64,000 nucleotides of DNA, taken from Sedimentisphaeraceae bacterium JB056 (GTDB lineage: Bacteria; Planctomycetota; Phycisphaerae; Sedimentisphaerales; Sedimentisphaeraceae). Both the position numbers and the translations under genes were made by a program. Location of the stretch: contig JBITAJ010000029.1 in assembly GCA_044440125.1 (NCBI GenBank), positions 1 to 64,000 on the forward strand, in the 5' to 3' direction. Below the pieces are notes generated by a model. That model was not told the DNA's origin. It saw only the letters and a program-made list of their open reading frames with translations, and made no database searches. This document shows, one piece after another, positions 59,286-64,000 of this stretch (position 1 is its first letter; each line of letters begins with the position of its first letter).

Positions 59286-60033
59286 AACGCTATTTGATAA
59301 TATTGCAAAGAAATATGGTATCAAAGATATTGTATATTCAAGTAAATATCCGCGTAAGGCTCAAGTTATTTCTGTTTGCAGGAAGGTTTTTCAGGAAAGA
59401 AATAATCTTAATATTCTTGAAATCGGTTGCGGTATAGGTGCGCCCGCTTCTTATCTAAATGGGTATTTTGATCAATATACAGGAATAGATCATTCAGAGA
59501 AGCTTATAGAACAGGCAAGAGAATTTAATTCTGATATTGAAAATACACAATTTGTAGTTAGTGATATTGAAAGTTTTGCGAAAGATAATACACGGGAATT
59601 TGACGTTATTTTAGCTGTAGGTGTACTTCATCATATTGAAGATTTGTCTAAGAACCTACCTTTAATAAGAAATATGCTTACCGAAAGTGGTTTCTTTATA
59701 GCAATTGAACCCCAAGCAGGTAATCCATTTATTGGTTTGATGAGGCAGATTAGGAAAAAGATTGATAAGTCTTATTCCTCTGATCAGCGGTTTTTTGATT
59801 CTGAAGAATTAAGAGCTTTTTTGGTGGAATCGAAATTTGTTGATATAGAGATTAGGCATATTAATTACTTATCGAAACCATTTATGGAAGTTGTTCCTCC
59901 CTTCCATAAGCTCTTTATTCCACTATCGGTGCTATGTACAAAAATTGACAGTCTATTGAATAAAAGTTCTTGTCTGATAGGTAAGTTTTCTTGGGATTTA
60001 GTAGTATATTGCCAGAAGAATAAAGATGCTTAA
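59263..60033 (+). CDS. Class I SAM-dependent methyltransferase
   Basis: ILEIGCGIG, GID.S, VLHHI. Confidence 0.9.
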   Translation: MNVTQRDKTLFDNIAKKYGIKDIVYSSKYPRKAQVISVCRKVFQERNNLNILEIGCGIGAPASYLNGYFDQYTGIDHSEKLIEQAREFNSDIENTQFVVSDIESFAKDNTREFDVILAVGVLHHIEDLSKNLPLIRNMLTESGFFIAIEPQAGNPFIGLMRQIRKKIDKSYSSDQRFFDSEELRAFLVESKFVDIEIRHINYLSKPFMEVVPPFHKLFIPLSVLCTKIDSLLNKSSCLIGKFSWDLVVYCQKNKDA

Positions 60034-60427
60034 GCTATACAATAAAGAAACGATGAATCAAGTTATCCGATTTGTTTTTGTTACTGGATTTAGCTTTGTG
60101 ACAAGCATTGCTCTGATGTTTATTTTGTGCGAAGTATTCGATATTGATAAACAGATAAGTTATGCCATAACGCTGACAATTCTTTTAATTACGAACTTTA
60201 TACTATGCAAGAAAATAGTATACAGATCAGACAAAAGCAATCACCTGTTTCTTTTGTTCTGCTTTATTATTTCAAGCATAGTTTTCCGTTTTACAGAGTT
60301 TTGTATGTTTACATTGTTTAATTATCTGGGACTCTGGTATATTTTATCTGTTATTATCAGCCAATCAATTACGTTTATTATCAAATTTTTTTGGTATGGT
60401 TTTCTTTTCAAGCCTAAACAAAACTGA
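60026..60427 (+). CDS. GtrA family flippase-like protein
   Basis: 133 aa, 4 TM, IRFVFV, NF...K..VY. Confidence 0.8.
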   Translation: MLKLYNKETMNQVIRFVFVTGFSFVTSIALMFILCEVFDIDKQISYAITLTILLITNFILCKKIVYRSDKSNHLFLLFCFIISSIVFRFTEFCMFTLFNYLGLWYILSVIISQSITFIIKFFWYGFLFKPKQN

Positions 60428-60430
60428 AAT

Positions 60431-61981
60431 CTATTTAGTTCTCAAGCCATAAGTTTTGAACTCTTTTTCAGGTTCTACTAAAAGATATGCAGTTTGTGTT
60501 TGCCCATGTTCCAAGAGATAATATTCTTGTGTTTCATTATCTTTTACTATTTTGACAATTTTTGGGCGGCTATAAAAAGATTCGTCTGTTTTCCCATAAA
60601 AAGATCGGTATCTCTTTATCTGCTTGAAATCTTTTGATATGTTTTTCTTGGTCATTAGTATCGGGATATTTTCTTGGCGAGCTTTTTTAACACTGTTATA
60701 GTTCTGACTCATCAGGCGAAGGTTATTTGTTGGTTTTGGTATTTCTGCGAAGATAACCATAAAAATGAAGCATAGTAGGATGTTTGTCGCAACTCTAACA
60801 TTAAATATCTGATTTGATTTAGTTTTGAGCTTAATTATGAAATTGTTGCTAATCTGCATATATAGAACAATTTGCATGATTATTGAAAGGGTATAGAGCA
60901 TGTTGTAGTAACGCTCAAGTATCCGTTCTGGTCTAACAAAAGGATAGACTCCGACAACTAAATAAGTAAACAGTAAATATGCAACAATGTACGGATAAGC
61001 TATCGCATACAAATGTCGTTGCTTAAGGAGTACTATTACAATAGCAGCCAGTATTCCTAAATTTATTAATGCGGCATTGGTATCTCCCGCATACTCATCA
61101 TAACCGCTAAAGTAAAGTAAATAACTTGGCAGATTATCAGCCTTAACTTGCCATCCTGAATAACCAAGTTTGTCTACCATCTTGCTCGAACTGCCATGTC
61201 TGCCATGTATTAAGCATCCTAATCGTCCACCATCGAACGTTGTTATTTTCTCAAATACGGCTGTCTCGACTGTAAGCAGAACTATGAAAACTAATCCAAA
61301 AATAGCCAGACTTTTAATTATTCCCGGCACCGATTTTTTTTGGTATTGAACATATATTAAATAGAGAACTATTCCTGGTACAAAAAAGAGCATTGTAATT
61401 TTTGCTCCATAGCCCCAGAATACGAGAAAAGAGGATATTGCCAACCAGTACCATTTATTTTTTTCTTGCCAATACAGCAAACACAATATGCTGCCAAGTA
61501 AGCACATTGTTACAGTTCCCGTTGGTAATATTTGCGAACCTTGTTCAACAATTGTTGGGTATAGAGTAAATATAACTGAGGCAAATAATCCAGCCGTTTT
61601 AGAGTGCAGCTTTTTCCCGATAAAGAAAATAAGTATCGCAGAGAGTGTTGTTACAAAGATTGGATAAGTAAAATATGCTATTGGGCCGCCGCCAAAAATT
61701 TTTAGCAGTAACATCATTGGTAAATATAGAGCCCATCTAAGCATTCTATGATCCCAATTTCCCGGAGGAGCAAACGCAGTTCCGTTTTCCATGAATTCTC
61801 TGCATACACGCCACATCCAGAAGGCATCTCCACCATTATCGAATACTTCTCCACAATAAACTCTTAAACATACAGATAGAGTTATTATGAATCCGATTAG
61901 CATATATGTATTTGATAGTAATTTTTTAAGTCTTGTATTAAGACTAAAATTATACTCAGCTAAGCTTATTTCTTTTTCCAT
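60431..61981 (-). CDS. GT-C (ArnT/PMT-like) membrane glycosyltransferase
   Basis: Multi-TM; GGDA first loop, IFFIGKKL...AGL.A, AKIT. Confidence 0.75.
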   Translation of the reverse strand: MEKEISLAEYNFSLNTRLKKLLSNTYMLIGFIITLSVCLRVYCGEVFDNGGDAFWMWRVCREFMENGTAFAPPGNWDHRMLRWALYLPMMLLLKIFGGGPIAYFTYPIFVTTLSAILIFFIGKKLHSKTAGLFASVIFTLYPTIVEQGSQILPTGTVTMCLLGSILCLLYWQEKNKWYWLAISSFLVFWGYGAKITMLFFVPGIVLYLIYVQYQKKSVPGIIKSLAIFGLVFIVLLTVETAVFEKITTFDGGRLGCLIHGRHGSSSKMVDKLGYSGWQVKADNLPSYLLYFSGYDEYAGDTNAALINLGILAAIVIVLLKQRHLYAIAYPYIVAYLLFTYLVVGVYPFVRPERILERYYNMLYTLSIIMQIVLYMQISNNFIIKLKTKSNQIFNVRVATNILLCFIFMVIFAEIPKPTNNLRLMSQNYNSVKKARQENIPILMTKKNISKDFKQIKRYRSFYGKTDESFYSRPKIVKIVKDNETQEYYLLEHGQTQTAYLLVEPEKEFKTYGLRTK

Positions 61982-62475
61982 TTGCTCCCCATTGATAGTC
62001 GCTAATAATTATAACGTTTGGAATCTTTAAGCCGATTATACGTTAATGATTATTACATTTGGTTAATAACTGGCACTATCATACCTTTTGGGTAGCTGGT
62101 GTGCAATACAGAAGTATGCAATATTGCGGTGAAAACCAAAAAAATGGTCTTCTGGGCTTTGGAGGGTAGTTTTGAGGGTCTAATTTCGTACAATCGGGCA
62201 GGAGGCTTTGCGCTTCCTGCCCTTTTGTAACGCGTGTTTAAAGAGTGTTGTGTTGTGCAATCTCGTTTTCTGTCCATGTAATTGATAATTACTTATCAAT
62301 ATAAATTTATCAAACTTCTTGCTTTCTGTCAACCATTATTTATAATTTTTCATCAAAATGTCCGACATTCGCTTGAACCTACCGGCTTTTATGCGTAAGA
62401 TTAGGCTGATTTAGGCATTAATTTGGACCTTTATGTATTAAAAAAGATTCGATTTATTATAAAAACGGTAATTTA

Positions 62476-63483
62476 ATGATAAAAGCAGCGATAATTGGAG
62501 CAACCGGCTATACTGGTATTGACGCGATAGAAATAATTTTACGTCACCCAGAGGCAGAGCTTACTTATTTGACGGCATCTTCTGATAAGTCTGTGCCCGT
62601 AGATAAAGTTCACCCCCGTCTTAGCGGGCGATGTGATTTGGATATAGAGCCTCTTGATTTTGATAAGCTTGCCTCTGTTGCGGATGTAGCTCTTTGCTGC
62701 CTGCCGCATAAGGTATCAATGGAGTTTGTGCCGCAGATGCTTAATCGCGGCGTGAAGGTGGTCGATTTCAGTGCTGATTATCGAATCAAGGATGTTTCCG
62801 TTTATGAGAAGCATTATGTTGTTCATACCGATGCGGATAATATCAAGAGGGCGGTTTACGGATTGCCTGAGCTTTATAGGGAGCAGATAAAGAAGGCTGA
62901 TCTTGTGGCTAATCCGGGATGTTTTCCGACTACAAGTTCGCTTGGTCTTGCACCTGTTCTAAAAAAAGGTCTTATCAGCAGTAAAGGAATCGTTATCAAT
63001 TCGGTGAGCGGGGCTACTGGTGCCGGCAAGAAGCTTGCTGATGGACTTCATTTTCCTAATCTAAACGAGAACCTTCGTGCTTACGGCGTGGGTACTCATA
63101 GGCATATGCCGGAGATGGAACAGATAGCGAGTGATGTTGCGGGTAAACCGGTTACCGTTTTGTTTCAGCCGCATATCGGAAGTTTCGACAGAGGAATTCT
63201 TTCCAGTATTTACTGCGATCCGAAAAATCATATAACTTCGGCGGAGCTGCTTGAACTCTACAGGGATTTTTATCGTGACGAGCCTTTTGTTCAGGTTCTT
63301 TCTCAGCCGCCGGCGATAAAAGATGTGGCTAATACCAATTATTGCCACATATATCCGGTAGCTGTTAAGGGTAAGATTGTTGTATTTTCAGCAATTGATA
63401 ATCTTATGAAGGGTGCCAGCAGTCAGGCAATTCAAAATATGAATATTATGTTTGGCGTTGATGAACGCCTTGGCCTGCTCTGA
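62476..63483 (+). CDS. argC: N-acetyl-gamma-glutamyl-phosphate reductase
   Basis: GATGYTG, DFSADYR, ANPGCF, HRHMPE, IDNLMKGA. Confidence 0.97.
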   Translation: MIKAAIIGATGYTGIDAIEIILRHPEAELTYLTASSDKSVPVDKVHPRLSGRCDLDIEPLDFDKLASVADVALCCLPHKVSMEFVPQMLNRGVKVVDFSADYRIKDVSVYEKHYVVHTDADNIKRAVYGLPELYREQIKKADLVANPGCFPTTSSLGLAPVLKKGLISSKGIVINSVSGATGAGKKLADGLHFPNLNENLRAYGVGTHRHMPEMEQIASDVAGKPVTVLFQPHIGSFDRGILSSIYCDPKNHITSAELLELYRDFYRDEPFVQVLSQPPAIKDVANTNYCHIYPVAVKGKIVVFSAIDNLMKGASSQAIQNMNIMFGVDERLGLL

Positions 63484-63576
63484 TTTGAAATTTGGGATTT
63501 CAGATTTCAAATCAATCGGCTAATATCCAAAATATATTTTTACTTCTAACTTCTAATTTGAAATTAGATTTTTCAA

Positions 63577-64000
63577 ATGTGGGCAATTCTCGGACTCATA
63601 TCCGCTGTCTTTCTGGGCATATACGACCTGAATAAAAAGATGGCGTTAAAAAATAATGCGGTTATCCCGGTACTGTTTTTCTCAACAGTGTCGGGCTTTG
63701 CGCTGATGTTGCCGATTCTGTTTTTATCCAGGTTTTCACCTGAGATGATGCAGAATGCCGGTCTTTATGTTGAGCCTATAACCCTTACACAGCATTTGAT
63801 GCTTGCGGCTAAGTCGTTGATAGTAGCTTCGTCATGGGTGTTTGCTTATTTTGCTATCAAACATCTGCCGATATCGATCGTTACACCTATTCGTTCAATG
63901 AGTCCTTTATGGACATTGATTGCAGCTGCAATAATATACAATGAAAGACCGAATTTAATGCAGTTTATCGGTATTATTGTTGTTATTGTATCATTTTACT
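63577..64000 (+). CDS. EamA/DMT family transporter (runs off the window)
   Basis: MWAILGLISAVFLGIYDLNKK...AIKHLPISIVTPIRS...YNERP; frame open to the window end. Confidence 0.85.
   Translation, partial: MWAILGLISAVFLGIYDLNKKMALKNNAVIPVLFFSTVSGFALMLPILFLSRFSPEMMQNAGLYVEPITLTQHLMLAAKSLIVASSWVFAYFAIKHLPISIVTPIRSMSPLWTLIAAAIIYNERPNLMQFIGIIVVIVSFY

Noticed and set aside
63482..63575. Heptamer-like repeats after argC as a second guide array
   Set aside because: Short AT-rich 7-nt repeats forming a hairpin; no 5-nt NN/GGY phase and no associated RAMP gene

Overview
Bacterial chromosomal window. Gene content suggests an anaerobe, possibly a planctomycete (inference). Positions 1 to ~23.5 kb are the right-hand part of an integrated phage-like element ending next to a tRNA-Asn. 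It carries a recombination operon (Sak4/AAA ATPase, PD-(D/E)xK exonuclease), a sigma-like regulator, a LexA-type repressor, a large defence cargo (SMC/ABC-3C ATPase, type III R-M, GmrSD, AIPR, SNF2 helicase) and a serine recombinase/DUF2924 module. Main finding: inside the recombination operon a lone RAMP/Cas7-like gene (1378-2013) is flanked by two 5-nt-periodic arrays (NN+GGY-like, split into 54-59 nt units by GCAGG). Read as NN-skip-NN, the variable dinucleotides of all three full units give in-frame codon prefixes that match conserved segments of the element's own Sak4 and exonuclease genes, with mostly conservative mismatches. This suggests a VIPR-like, non-contiguous RNA-guided system aimed at related elements. 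The rest of the window holds metX-metW, LOG, a ~350-nt structured RNA candidate, leuS, a MITE, AbiE and nSTAND3 defence cassettes separated by repeats, a rex/sensory plus bifurcating [FeFe]-hydrogenase cluster, a sulfatase, leuA with a Leu-rich leader peptide, leuC, MATE, a Gtr-like glycosylation island, argC and an EamA transporter.
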